In this document: piece after piece, positions 15,414 through 27,200 of the stretch
Position numbering within the stretch: position 1 is the first letter of the stretch
Layout: every line of letters begins with the position of its first letter
NCBI GenBank assembly: GCA_963772725.1
Contig: CAVYYI010000001.1
Coordinates: 768,001 to 832,000, forward strand
DNA: 64,000 nt
DNA from: an uncultured Phycisphaerales bacterium
Lineage (GTDB): Bacteria; Planctomycetota; Phycisphaerae; Sedimentisphaerales; Anaerobacaceae
Direction of reading: 5' to 3'
Translations under genes and position numbers: made by a program
The notes under the pieces: generated by a model
The model's input: only the letters and a program-made list of their open reading frames with translations
Databases searched by the model: none
What the model was told of the DNA's origin: nothing

Positions 15414-15628
15414 CGCCGCTACAAATAATGTGGTAAAATCTAACATTTGACGGCCTCCTTTGCCTAAGGGTCAATAATATTTTAGTGACTTACGTTTATT
15501 TCAATTGGTATGTTTTTGGGAATCTGCTATATAATTGAGCATCTTGTTAATATACAATGTGAGGTTGTGCATAAAAAAAGGTCGCCATTTTATAATGACG
15601 ACCTTTTCGTAATTTCGATAAAAAACTT

Positions 15629-16624
15629 TTACAGCAGGTTGTTAAGTATTTCAGCCATATCCTTTGTGTATTCAAGCTGGTCCTGAGTTGCGGAAGCATT
15701 AAGTATTGTATTTTCGGCATCGGTAATAATCTGCTGCACTTTCATAGTAACTTTTTCATTATTCGGATTGACAAAAGATACATCTCCTGCATAATTAATC
15801 TTACCGGAAACAACATTAAGCCATAATCCGAAAAGCTCTTTCTTTGCTTTTTCCAGCATAATAGAATGATCTTCCGGGATCAGCAGGTTAGCGCCTACTG
15901 ACAAATCATACATAGTAACGCCGGAAAACACTCTTGAATTAGCCCCGATAATTTCCTGATAATTAGGCAGACTTGGCGCCTCTATACGTTTGCCTTTTGT
16001 CCCATATTGCATTTTCCAATATCCGGTTGACCTTGGACACATTGAACTGGCACCAGGAGAAGCGATAAGACCGCTGGCATAAGTTGCGAGGTCACCCTGG
16101 CGGACAGTCAAGCCGCTCATTGACGGAGGCAATTTGCTGACGAACTGAAATTTTGTGGATTCCCAACTGCTCTGACCGGGAAATACAAAGCTTATGCTTG
16201 GAGCGACCCAATCAACCAATGTGGGCAGAGATAGATAAGAACCTGCCGACCATGCAGCACCAGGCTGAGTAGAGGGTTGATTGGTGGTATAGTCGAAAAG
16301 ATAGCCGCCGCTTTTGCCGGTTACTATATATTGTTCGCCTGTCGGATTGGCAATTGTCAGATGTTTGATATAAGGCAGAAAAGGCGTGTTAGAGTCGGTA
16401 TTGTGAATCTGGTAAGTATAATAATACCACCCATTGGCGCCATCCCATACCCAGTACTCAACGTAAGCTTTTCCGCCAGGCCCAGACAGGTCTGAAACTC
16501 CGCTGGCGAGATTTACGCCGCTTGGCGAAACCGCCTGATAAGGCGGGTCAACGGCAAAACCTGCACTTAACAATACCGAGAGAACAAGAACCACGGCACA
16601 TTTTGCAACTCTGTTGTCAAACAT
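15629..16624 (-). CDS. Secreted hypothetical protein
   Basis: Signal peptide; beta-rich N-terminal domain resembling that of the neighbouring PEP-CTERM protein. Confidence 0.7.
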   Translation of the reverse strand: MFDNRVAKCAVVLVLSVLLSAGFAVDPPYQAVSPSGVNLASGVSDLSGPGGKAYVEYWVWDGANGWYYYTYQIHNTDSNTPFLPYIKHLTIANPTGEQYIVTGKSGGYLFDYTTNQPSTQPGAAWSAGSYLSLPTLVDWVAPSISFVFPGQSSWESTKFQFVSKLPPSMSGLTVRQGDLATYASGLIASPGASSMCPRSTGYWKMQYGTKGKRIEAPSLPNYQEIIGANSRVFSGVTMYDLSVGANLLIPEDHSIMLEKAKKELFGLWLNVVSGKINYAGDVSFVNPNNEKVTMKVQQIITDAENTILNASATQDQLEYTKDMAEILNNLL

Positions 16625-17238
16625 AACACAATCCTCCTAAAAAAAAGTTTCTAAATTACCCATTTTAACTCTCAAAAATAAAAAGGTTTCTCCATCAATT
16701 CTTTTTGAGAGAAATCCGCACTTAATGAAAAACAATTATTGCCGGTGGTAAGAAGTTCTGCGGCGACAACACAATGTACCCAAGAAACCAAGCCCTACAA
16801 GCAGACAGGTTGCAGGTTCAGGTACAGGAACAACTGGTCCCATCACACCGTCAACAATAAGGTTATCGGAATAGGCCGTAGGGCTAACGCCTGCTACCAC
16901 GCTTGCTTTACACAAACCAGGAGCCCAACTACTTACTATCTGGAAATATTGACCATTGCTGTCATCTCTCGAGTTGTTGCCAGTAGAAATAGTCCAATAT
17001 CCAGGAACTTTTTTGGTGGCTTCTGTCCATGTCCATCTTGCAGGAGCAATGGGTTGAGGGGTGCCGCTGCCTAAAGATACGGTCCAGTCAATGCCTTTAT
17101 TCCACAAGTCAAGGGAACTGCCCCACGAGCCGCTACCCGAGTTTGAACCAGCTTGTGTATCAAGCGACAATAAATCAGTAGGCCCTTTGCCATTTCCGTC
17201 AGGGTCGAAGTTTACTGAGAATTTATTTATAGTTATAT

Positions 17239-18484
17239 GAGACCTCTGAAAAACCTCACATTTTATTATTCTCTTATATTTTTGCTTGAAGTGCTTCGAA
17301 AAATTATTTCGATACACCGCAAAAACTGTTTTCTGGCCTTACCAAAGGATTCTTTTATGCCTTTGGTATACCTTTTTATCTGTTCATAACGGTCGTGTGC
17401 CGTTATCCGGCAATACTCACCAGGCTAAAACTCCTTTTCCAATTGTACGCTATTACATGTAACCCAAAATCAAAGGCGTTACGCCTCATACCTCGATATC
17501 GAGTCCTGCCGTAGCCGGTATTCTTCATCCACGCAAACGGATGTTCAACCACCGCCCGAATTCCCGCCACCAGACGGTTATGCAATTTCTGTGAGGCTGT
17601 TAATTCCTTCTGGCCGCGAACTCGTTTTTGAATAATTCCGCAAAACACGCCGCGTTCCTCCAGTTTTGCCTTTCGGTCTTTATCCATATATGCACTATCA
17701 GCAAAGACACTGTCCTTCTCATCCTCGACAAGTTCGTCAATATACCTGCTGTCATGGGTTGAGGCGGTATCGAAACGGTAGTCTTTAATCATGCCGTTAC
17801 AGTCAGTAGCAATATGGCCCTTATAGCCGTGATATATTCTGCCATGTTTTTTCGTATAACCTGCTGCCTTGTCTTTGGTGCTGGAAATACCGTCTTTGCC
17901 AGTTCTGCCGCGAGGCGCTTCTATTATAGTGGCATCAACACAGGTCCCTTCCTCAAGTATAACGCCGCGACTTTTGAGGATGGCGATAGTCTTATCAAAT
18001 AATGTAGCTATATGGCCGTTTATATTAAGACGCTTGCGAAACTGCACAAAAGTAGTTTCATCAGGTGCATCCTGTTCCATCTTAAGGCCTACAAATCGTC
18101 TGAAGGATATACGGTCACAGAGCATCTCTTCGAGCATCGGGTCGGAAAGATTAAACCACTTTTGCAGCATTATGCATTTTATCATCATTACAAGTGGATA
18201 ATTCGATGCTCCGCCTTTGTCGGTGTTGTTCTTGTACATATCCCTTAACGGCTCAGCAAGTTCGTTCCATGGTATAAGCTGGTCGCATTTTTGAAAAAAT
18301 TGAGCAGTGCGACGACCGCCGAGGTCAGAGGTTAAACTGTTGAGAAATGTTGGTTGATTGCTTGTGCGTTCCATAATCTTTGCCTCCATGCAATAAAATT
18401 GACTATTGAATGGACGCATTATATCATATCCGCTGATAATTGCATTAATGTTTTGTAAAAAATGCATAGTTTTTCAGAGGTCTC
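17239..18484 (-). mobile_element. IS5-family insertion sequence (1246 bp)
   Basis: Perfect 16-bp TIR GAGACCTCTGAAAAAC at both ends; 4-bp target duplication ATAT (17235-38, 18485-88). Confidence 0.93.
17403..18374 (-). CDS. IS5-family transposase
   Basis: LQKWFNLSDP, PDETT, VDATII, GYKGHI, FADSAY, RAVVEHPF. Confidence 0.95.
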   Translation of the reverse strand: MERTSNQPTFLNSLTSDLGGRRTAQFFQKCDQLIPWNELAEPLRDMYKNNTDKGGASNYPLVMMIKCIMLQKWFNLSDPMLEEMLCDRISFRRFVGLKMEQDAPDETTFVQFRKRLNINGHIATLFDKTIAILKSRGVILEEGTCVDATIIEAPRGRTGKDGISSTKDKAAGYTKKHGRIYHGYKGHIATDCNGMIKDYRFDTASTHDSRYIDELVEDEKDSVFADSAYMDKDRKAKLEERGVFCGIIQKRVRGQKELTASQKLHNRLVAGIRAVVEHPFAWMKNTGYGRTRYRGMRRNAFDFGLHVIAYNWKRSFSLVSIAG

Positions 18485-19061
18485 ATATAAGTACCGACAG
18501 GATTATTTGAATTCCAGCCAAAATGATAATCTTCTGACGTACCGGGCGTACCATTGTTCAATATTTTGTAGGAATAGTACCATAGATTGGTGGAGAGATC
18601 CTGCCAGCAATGATATTCTATCCCAACTTCACCGTAATTGGGTACTGTGGGCATATCTATCACAGCTAAACCGTGATCGTAGTTTGCATTGTTGCTGTTA
18701 ACAGCCTGATAAGTTGGTGTAGCAAAAGCCGGGATTACAGAAATAAAAAAGCAAATACCTAAAACTCTTCCAATAAATTTTACGGAATGCATCTCTCTCC
18801 TCCTATGCTTTTTAATCACCCTTTTCTCTCATCACTCTTTACTCTCTCTCAGCTTAAGTTTAATTATAACTATATTAAGCTACCGCACTTAACATTAATA
18901 AAAGCAGATTTGGTCTGATAAGTCAAGTTAATTTTATGTTATTTTGCGGCAGGCAAGGGTGTAAAGCCGAACATTTTACATAAGTGCTTTATATACAGGT
19001 AATTAAGAGTTTTTGGAATACTAAAAAAAATTTACTGCTATATTAAAAATTTTGCAAAAAT

Positions 19062-20756
19062 TTAGTAATGCCTGCTGCGGAGGATAGAGATGATGAGCCA
19101 AATGCCGATAAGTGCGGCGGCAAGATAACCGAAAATACCGAGAGATTGCAGCCTGACAATGCCAAGCACTTTTCCCTGCTGAGCGACAAGCAGGCTTGAT
19201 GCGACGAGTAAGGCGGCGATAATCAGGGCAAAACTGATACGATTCGAGCTTTTATCGAGCGTCTTAATAAGATTATCGAGATGTTCGTGCTGAATTCTTA
19301 CCTGGATTTTCCCCTGACGGAATTTGCTCAGAATCACGTTGATGTCATCAGGCAGTCTCGAAACGAGGTCGGCTGCGTCCTGAATCGTTTTTCCGGCGTT
19401 TCGTAAAATTTCCTTAGGTTCGAGACTGTGCCTGCTGAATTGTGCGGCATAGGGTTTCAGGCTCTCAATAATTTTAAACTGCGGATTAAGTCCGAGTGCG
19501 AAAGATTCTATTGTCATCACGCTTTTAAGCATAAGCGCAAACTGAGGCGGTGGGTGTATATGGTGACTTCGCATCATGTCGAAAGCTTCGGTCATTACCT
19601 TACTGAAAGGAATTTCGTTCAGCGGCAGATTATAGTAATTGTTGAGCAGATTTTCAGCGGCGCGAGCGAGTTTGTCGATGTCAGTTCTTTCTTCAATCAT
19701 ATTGGCTCTTTCGAGGGCACGGAGTATTCTGCCTGAATCCTTATCGACAATCGTTAGTATCATTTCGTTGAGCAGGGTCAGGTCTTTTGAGCCGAGCATC
19801 GCAACCTGGCCGAAATCAAGCGGCGCTATGATATTATCAGGCAGCAGAAAGAAATTGCCGGGATGCGGGTCGGACTGAAAAAAACCAAAATCGAAAATCT
19901 GTCTTAAAATGAAATTCGCACCTCGCTGAGCGATGAGTACTTTATCGAGGCCGGCGTTTTTTATCGCTTCGGAGTCACCCGGTTTTATGCCCTCAATATA
20001 CTCCATCGTCAGCACGCCTTCCGAACAGTACTCCTCGAACACCTTTGGCACGCATACTGTTGGGTCTTTGGCGAAACTCTGAGAGAAGCGAATCTGATTG
20101 CGTCGTTCGTTGGCTAAATCAACTTCCTTCGATACGGCTTCGTTGAATTCCTTTACAATCTGCGCAGGGTCTATTGTGTCATGTTCAAATACGGTTTTTT
20201 TCAAAAGCGAGGCCACATCGGCAAGTATTTCGCATTCTGTATGTAAGGTCTCTACAATCTTGGGTCTGCGTACCTTAACCACGACATTCTGACCATCTTT
20301 TGTCGTGGCGCGGTGTACCTGTGCGATACTTCCGGCGGCAATTGGCTCACGCTCAAAGTTCAAAAACAGCTCGTCAACTTTTTTACCAAGCTCTTTTTCT
20401 ATTTCATCACAGATAAGTTCGCCATTTACAGGTCCGACACGGTCCTGCAGAAGCTCAAGCTCCTTGATATACTCGTATGGTACGAGGTCGGGACGTGTGC
20501 TGAGCAACTGGCCGAGCTTAACAAATGTCGGCCCCATTTCCTCAAGCGCCATACGGACTCTTACGGCCCGGCTGTGGCTTTTAACAGAGGGTTTAACCTC
20601 CGCGGCGACTGTCTTTGTTCCCCATGGAAATCGTCCACGAAGAACATCTGCTGTCTCCTCGAATCCATACCTCATCAGCACCGCCACAATGTGCCGGTAC
20701 CGCCGCATGTGCCTGAAGCTGCGGCGCAGGTGAAATGGCCATTTCAGCAAGGGCAT
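19062..20756 (-). CDS. ABC1/UbiB-family kinase
   Basis: GPTFVKLGQLLSTRPD, AAGSIAQVH, VVKV, DPHPGN, DFG; C-terminal TMs. Confidence 0.92.
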   Translation of the reverse strand: MPLLKWPFHLRRSFRHMRRYRHIVAVLMRYGFEETADVLRGRFPWGTKTVAAEVKPSVKSHSRAVRVRMALEEMGPTFVKLGQLLSTRPDLVPYEYIKELELLQDRVGPVNGELICDEIEKELGKKVDELFLNFEREPIAAGSIAQVHRATTKDGQNVVVKVRRPKIVETLHTECEILADVASLLKKTVFEHDTIDPAQIVKEFNEAVSKEVDLANERRNQIRFSQSFAKDPTVCVPKVFEEYCSEGVLTMEYIEGIKPGDSEAIKNAGLDKVLIAQRGANFILRQIFDFGFFQSDPHPGNFFLLPDNIIAPLDFGQVAMLGSKDLTLLNEMILTIVDKDSGRILRALERANMIEERTDIDKLARAAENLLNNYYNLPLNEIPFSKVMTEAFDMMRSHHIHPPPQFALMLKSVMTIESFALGLNPQFKIIESLKPYAAQFSRHSLEPKEILRNAGKTIQDAADLVSRLPDDINVILSKFRQGKIQVRIQHEHLDNLIKTLDKSSNRISFALIIAALLVASSLLVAQQGKVLGIVRLQSLGIFGYLAAALIGIWLIISILRSRHY

Positions 20757-20763
20757 TTACTCC

Positions 20764-21051
20764 CTATTTATTAAGAATCTGGTCGATTTTCTTTTCAATC
20801 CGCTTAACGTCTTCGTGCGTAGCCAGTTTAAGGTTGGCAACCGTCTTACTGACCTGTTCGTTAATTATTTTTTCAATGTCTGAACGGCTTTTTTCCGCTA
20901 TGTCCATAACTTCTTTCACGAAACCTGAGCGGTTGGCTTTTTCGGCCTTTCCTTTATCGACGTATTCATCAAAGATTTTCTCCGCACGTTCGCGAGTCAT
21001 AGACATCGCCCCAAGGCCTGCAAGCATAAGTTTATCGAGTGTTTCAAACAT
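20764..21051 (-). CDS. Phasin-like protein commonly found upstream of ABC1 kinases
   Basis: LAGLGAMSMTRERAEK..KG..LATHEDVKRIEKKI. Confidence 0.75.
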   Translation of the reverse strand: MFETLDKLMLAGLGAMSMTRERAEKIFDEYVDKGKAEKANRSGFVKEVMDIAEKSRSDIEKIINEQVSKTVANLKLATHEDVKRIEKKIDQILNK

Positions 21052-21172
21052 ATCTAAGTCCCCTAAAAAAAGTTCGCAACCCGCACCGGCCACAACGATT
21101 GTGGCTTCTTATATTATAATACCATTGTTAGGGGGATATTGCAATAGGTTAGCACCGCGATTTGTCGCTGGC

Positions 21173-22129
21173 TTAAAACCGCTGTGTTTTGACGTGACAA
21201 TAGGGACGTCCGCCGGTCTTTGTGTAATAATCCTGGTGGTAATCCTCGGCGGGCCAGAAATCTGCGGCTTTTTCGACCGATGTTACAACGTCATAGCCTT
21301 TTTTCCGCAACTGCTCAATCAGCCGATTTGCTATATCTTTTTGTTCCTGGTCAGCATAGAAAATCGCGGAACGATACTGGCTGCCCACGTCCGGCCCCTG
21401 ACGGTTGCGCTGAGTCGGGTCGTGAATCTCAAAAAACAGCTTCGCGAGGTTCTCATAGCTGACCTTATTGGGGTCATATTCTATTTCTACTGTTTCAGCG
21501 TGGCCGGTTTTGCCGGTACAAACCTGTTCATAAGTCGGATTTTTGGTGTGTCCGCCCATATATCCCGATCGCACATTAACTACGCCGTCAGTTTTTCTGA
21601 ACCAGTAATCGACCCCCCAGAAGCATCCGCCTGCAAAGTAGGCCTTTTTTGTTTGTGCCGCCTGCTTATCTTTTGCCTCAACTTTGTTCTCCGGCACAAA
21701 TACCAGTGATATCGAATTTACGCAGTGTCTTATATTCTTTTTCGTAAGTTCTTCGCCGGTAAAGACGTGTCCGAGGTGTGCGCCGCAATTAGCGCAAACA
21801 ATCTCGGTTCGGGTACCGTCCGGGTCAGAGATACGCTTTACTGAACCTTTAATCTCATCATCGAAAGAAGGCCAGCCGCAATGACTGTCGAATTTATCGC
21901 TGCTTCGATAAAGCGGTGCGCCGCACCTTTTGCAGACATATATCCCCGGCATCTTGTTATCCATGTACTTGCCGCTGAAAGGAGCTTCCGTACCTTTATT
22001 TATTATCACCCGTTCTTCTTGGGGTGTGAGTTTGTTGTAAGTCATCTTTTTATCCCCTTGCCGCACAGATACGGCGGCTATCGCAATAGCTAAAACCGCA
22101 ATTCCAATAAATATAGACTTCATTTTCAT
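21173..22129 (-). CDS. msrAB: Secreted bifunctional methionine sulfoxide reductase B/A
   Basis: Signal peptide; MsrB GTEAPF, CGWPSF, HLGHVF, RHCVNS; MsrA FAGGCFWG, AEDYHQDY. Confidence 0.95.
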   Translation of the reverse strand: MKMKSIFIGIAVLAIAIAAVSVRQGDKKMTYNKLTPQEERVIINKGTEAPFSGKYMDNKMPGIYVCKRCGAPLYRSSDKFDSHCGWPSFDDEIKGSVKRISDPDGTRTEIVCANCGAHLGHVFTGEELTKKNIRHCVNSISLVFVPENKVEAKDKQAAQTKKAYFAGGCFWGVDYWFRKTDGVVNVRSGYMGGHTKNPTYEQVCTGKTGHAETVEIEYDPNKVSYENLAKLFFEIHDPTQRNRQGPDVGSQYRSAIFYADQEQKDIANRLIEQLRKKGYDVVTSVEKAADFWPAEDYHQDYYTKTGGRPYCHVKTQRF

Positions 22130-22235
22130 TCCCGTCCCTTATTGTTTCTCTGACTTATTTTACGCTATATTCTAACAAACGGTTCCCAATAAAAAAACAG
22201 CCTGTTTTTAGGGTTTGAAAAATATTTTGAAAAGA

Positions 22236-22288
22236 TACGAGATTTTTCGTAATTTCTGCTTGACAATACGAAGGACTTCGTATATGTT
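22236..22288 (+). promoter_or_regulatory. blaI promoter with two putative BlaI operators
   Basis: TACGA-N6-TCGTA at 22236-22251 and 22267-22282, flanking TTGACA (22260-65) with TATGTT 17 bp downstream. Confidence 0.7.
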
Positions 22289-22355
22289 TAATTTAATCAC
22301 GGATTACACGGACAACACTGATTAAGAGAAGAAAAAAAGTTTAGGGGTAACGGAT

Positions 22356-22739
22356 ATGGCGAGAAAAAATATTTTGCAGCCGACAGGGTCGGAACTGGGG
22401 ATTTTGAGGATTTTGTGGGACAGTGGGCCGGCGACGGTGCGGGAAGTTAATGATGCGATGAATAAAGCCAAGACGACAGGGTACACCACCACGCTTAAAC
22501 TGATGCAGATAATGGCGGAAAAGGGGTTGCTGGTAAGGGATGAATCGCAGTGGAAGCATGTGTATAAGCCGGCTATTGAGGAGGAGGCGATACAAAAGCA
22601 GCTTGTGGGGGAACTTCTGGAGCGGGCGTTTTCGGGTTCAGCGGAAAAACTCGTGATGCGGGCGCTGTCGGCAAAAAAAATATCGGCGGATGAACTGGCA
22701 AAAATAAGAAAATTGCTTGATGAGATGGGAGGTAAATAA
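22356..22739 (+). CDS. BlaI/MecI/CopY-family repressor
   Basis: ELGILRILW..ATVREV..YTTTLKLM..KGLL..FSGS. Confidence 0.93.
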   Translation: MARKNILQPTGSELGILRILWDSGPATVREVNDAMNKAKTTGYTTTLKLMQIMAEKGLLVRDESQWKHVYKPAIEEEAIQKQLVGELLERAFSGSAEKLVMRALSAKKISADELAKIRKLLDEMGGK

Positions 22740-22754
22740 AATGATTGCTTTAGA

Positions 22755-24282
22755 GTGACTGTAGCATAAATACCGGTATATTTAAGGAAATCTTGGTGTC
22801 TTAGCCGATAAAACTCCTGGAAGAACAGAAATAAACTGAATTTTTCAGGAGACACGATTATGGCTGGGCCAGGTGAATATGTATCGGATGTAACGGAAGG
22901 TATTACGTGTGTTAAAGATTTACCCAAAGCTAAAATCAAACGACTTTCACGCACATACAAAAAGCGTCCGTGCCCCTATTGCGGCCACCCATCCTATCGG
23001 GACAAAATATTCAGACGAAAACTGCATGACCTCGGAGACTTGGCTGGCAACCGTCCAATCGACCTTTGGGTCAGTTATTCACAGCACTGCTGTTCAAAAT
23101 GCAAGAAGTACTTCAATGCCGACCTGTGCGACCTTGCGGATCCCGGCTGCCACTATACCCGCCGGGTTGTTCACCTGGCAGTGCGATTGGTTGTGGAAGA
23201 CGGCCTGCCATATCGGCCGGCATCCTGGCACTTATGGCGAGATCATCGGGTTTTCGTCCCCTGGGCTACAATTCAAAACTGGGTTGAAGCGACGGGGGGA
23301 AAAAGCTGAGAAACGAATTACTGCTGAATACCTTGATGGTGTTCTGACTGATTTCTCCGGTTATATCGCGGCGGATGAATTATATGATGGGCCGTTCTGT
23401 GTATTGTCCATCGTGGATAACCGCACGTTCAAACGGCTCATTTACGATGTTCTTGACCATAATCCCACCCATGAAGATATGATAAACTTCTTTCGTCGGT
23501 TCCGTACGGAACTGGATCAAAGAGGTCTGACACTGCTTGGTGTTACGACCGATGGCTCGCCGTTATACCCGGAGCCGCTGGCTCTGATATTCCCCGGTGT
23601 TGCCCACCAGGTATGTGAATTTCATGTTCTCAAGGAGATCAATAGAGAAATACTCAAAGCTGTTACGCGGGTGCGACGAGAACTCAAAAAGAAGCTGCCC
23701 AAGCTGCAACGCGGCCGTCCATCGTCCTCGACCGCGAGAAAAGCGGCATCTCGAAAGAAAAAACAGACCGATGAGATTGCCGATTTGTTTGAGCATCGAC
23801 ACTTGTTTGTGCAGCATTCGCTCAGTAAGGCAGACAAGAAGATATTCTCACGTATAACGCGAAAATGCCACAATCTGAAAAATTTACGTTCGATCATGGA
23901 TCAGGTCTACAGACTCTTTGATCGCCGTTGCCGCACGGAAACAGCCTTGGAAAGGTTGGCTGTCTTGCGCCGCCATGTTCGACGATTCAAAACGTTGGGT
24001 CAAACTCTTAAGAAACTATTTACGCCGAATATTGAAAAGGCGTTGACCTTTCTCGATGATTCACAACTGCCATCGACATCCAACGCGGTTGAACGAGGTT
24101 ATCGTCGTCATCGAAAGATGCAAAAGAGTGTCTATAGAGTGCGAACTCAAGACCATATTAGCCAGCGTGTGGCCATTGATATGCAGCGTGACGAGCAGTC
24201 CCAAGGCCGTTTACAAACTATAACAATGCTTCATAATGAGAGGACTGGAATGGTATGTTGCCGGTAAAGATGCTACAGAGTC
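22755..24282 (+). mobile_element. Insertion sequence with CxxH-type DDE transposase (IS256/ISL3-like; family not fixed)
   Basis: Imperfect 22-bp TIR GTGACTGTAGCATAAATACCGG / GACTCTGTAGCATCTTTACCGG; 8-bp target duplication GCTTTAGA (22747-54, 24283-90). Confidence 0.9.
22860..24267 (+). CDS. Transposase in two frames joined at GGGGGGAAAAAG (about 23294-23305)
   Basis: Zinc-finger/HTH half (CPYC..CSKC) then DDE half (AADELY, TTDG, CEFH, TSNAVER). Confidence 0.85.
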
Positions 24283-27200
24283 GCTTTAGAGAATATTTTT
24301 TCGCAGGAGATTGTACAGAGGCTCGGCTGGACGCTGGTTCATTTTATCTGGCAGGGGGCGGCGGTCGCGGGGGTGCTGGCGGTTACGCTTTGGTTATTGC
24401 GGAGGTCAGCGGCGAATTTGCATTATATTATCGCGTGTGCCGCGATGGTTTTGATAGTTTTACTGCCGATGGCAACGATAAGGTTAATAAAGGTTTCAGC
24501 GGTTGAGAGGAATTATACGGATAGAATCTGGGGGCTAAATACATCACAAGGGGATTTGGGGACGAATGTGCAGGCGATAGAATTATCTACTCCGGAGGAA
24601 AAGGTAATTGCTTTGCCGAGGGTGTCACTGAAGGACAGGTTTATCGGGATTGTTGAGCCAAGGCTTCCTTATATTGTTTTCGGGTGGCTTGCGGGGGTGT
24701 TTGTGTTCAGCGTATGGCATTTGGGCGGATGGACGCAATTGCAGAGGCTTAAACGGCGGCTTGTTAAATCGGTTGAACCTGCCGTTTTTGAAAAGGCAAG
24801 ACAATTGGCTGAGAGGCTTGGTGTTTATAGGGCGGTTGAGGTTGTGGAATCGGCGCTTGTGCAGGTGCCGACGGTTGTGGGGTGGCTTAGGCCGATGATT
24901 TTGCTGCCGGCAAGTGCGCTGACAGGTTTGAATGCGGAACAGCTTGAAGCGATAATTGCGCACGAACTGGTGCATATTAAAAGGTGCGATTACCTTATCA
25001 ATATTTTGCAGACGGTTGTTGAGATTTTGGGTTTTTATCACCCGGCGGTTTGGTGGATTTCTCGCAGGATTAGGATTGAACGTGAAAACTGCTGTGATGA
25101 TTTGGCGGTCAGTGCTTGCGGGGACAAGTTATGCTATGCAACAGCATTGGCGGCGATGGAAGAAATCCGCTCTGGCCAAGGGCAATTTGCTTTGGCTGCT
25201 ACCGGCGGAAGCTTATTCGAACGTATTCAGCGGGTTATTGGAAAACAAAGTGAGCAAAGCAGTAAAAGAAGCTGGTTGCCTTCTTTCATTTCGCTTTTAT
25301 TTATAATGTCTTTGATAATATCAGTAAGTTTCGCAATGAGCAGCAGAACGAAAAATATAGGGGGGAATAGCGTAGAGCGTACAGCGAACAGCGTACAGAA
25401 AAAATCTGAATTTACAGCCACAGAGGACACAGAGAACGCAGAGGTTAAAAAAATACAAGATATAAATGTGACGGGTAAGCTGGAATTTCGGATTGCGCCA
25501 AAGGAAGATGGATTGACTAAAGAGACGGTACAAGAATATGTCAAAGCATTGGCAGAAAAGGGGCCGGGCAAGGTGAAAGATAATTTTGTATGGTTTGAGG
25601 CTAAAGACGGTTTGAAAGCCGTCAATTTGATTACTGGTAAATATCAGGAACGGGTATATGTGCTGCTTAGAAATAAAGAGCCTTACATAATGCTGCCACG
25701 GGGCTGGGGGCTGGAAAGAGTGTATCCGACGACAGATCAGATGGGAAAGCCGGCAGTGGGATTTGACTTTGATGAGAATGGCAGGCAAACTTTTTTACAA
25801 TCTGACGAAAGCCAATACCGGCAAACCGATTGCAATTGTTGTAGATGGCAAAGTTTTGTCAGTGCCGCACATAAATTCTGCCATGAGTAAAAGCGTAGGT
25901 ATTGTGGGAATATTTACAAAACAAGAAGTTGATAATCTGATTGAGTATCTTCAAAAAAACATGCCGCCGACGAAAGTATCGGAAACAACTCCTTTGACAG
26001 CGGGTTTTGAAGCGGTTATTGAGAGTACGCTTAAAAACTATGAGTACATAGATCTGGATTCGGGAAAGACATTTACTTTGCCTTCTGCGTTGGTAAATGT
26101 TTCAGACGTTAATGCGATGATGAACTGGATCCGAAGCAATAGTATCGATGCACAATGTGTGATGACAAATAGTGTTAGTGGTATTGGCGGCGTGGATACG
26201 ACCGTTACAGAAACATATAAAACGGCATGGGATCAGATGTCCGCAGAGGAAATAATATCTGACATTAGACGTTTAGGCAGTGCCGATAACAAGCCGACTT
26301 TTACGAGTTTCCTTATTAAGGCCAAAGCTGACGACCTGCCCAAAACTTGTTTATTCAAAACCCGTGAAGGCCGAATCGGCATACTCCAGATAATTGGCTT
26401 CACCGATAATCCCAAAGGCATTAATATCCGTTATAAAATGGTTCAAAAATTTGCCGAACAGGGTGAGGGGAAAAATGCAGCAAGTGAGCAGTTGAATCCG
26501 CCTTTGGCGGAAAGAGGTGAGGCAGACAGCAATGGCAGTCAGCTTTATCAGAAGCAGGATTCGTTTAGAAACGCATTAGAGTTTGCCGGTACGCCTGCGG
26601 ATAGGATGGATGTTTCTCTTAGCTGCCTAAATGATAGGGGGCAATTGGCAGGTCCTAAACAATTGGAGTTTGCTAACAAACTATTTAGCGTTCGCAAGAA
26701 TAAAGATGTCGATTTATACATCTCTCTGCTTAGCGATGGCACAAAGAAAGAACTTAGCGACAGCAATGACAGAAGAATGGTTCAAAACGACATAAAAGAA
26801 ATAAAGGCAGGCACATTTCTTTACGGCGAATATAATTGGAATTTTTTTGTTACCTTCCGGAAGTTTAATGATAAAGACAGAAGCTATTTAGAAAAGCATG
26901 TAACTTTTGCTGAATGGCCAACTCAGGTGATGACTTTTTTCTGTTTCTGTACCAATAATTACATGCTCATTGGAGAACAATTTTACCTTATAGAAGATAA
27001 TGGCTTATATAAGCTTGTTAAGGAAACTTTATCTCATCCAATTCCAGTTTCTGTGAAAAAAGAACAGCCTGCAGGTCCTCGCCAATATGGTATCGCCGCT
27101 TTCGAGCAAATTGAAGATGCATATACTAAGCAGGGTATTTGGAAGTATAAATGGGATATTGAGCTAAACGGTGATGTAAGCAAGAATAATACTTTTCAAA

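Larger units (their letters stand above)
16736..18792 (-). pseudogene. PEP-CTERM sorting-domain protein interrupted by IS5
   Basis: Removing the IS and one ATAT copy restores the frame ...NNPVGTY|ITINKFSVNF...; C-terminus VPEPATCLLVGLGFLGTLCCRRR; signal peptide at MHSVKF. Confidence 0.9.

Noticed and set aside
20735..21709. 324-aa plus-strand ORF
   Set aside because: Antisense shadow of msrAB and the phasin-like gene; no motifs
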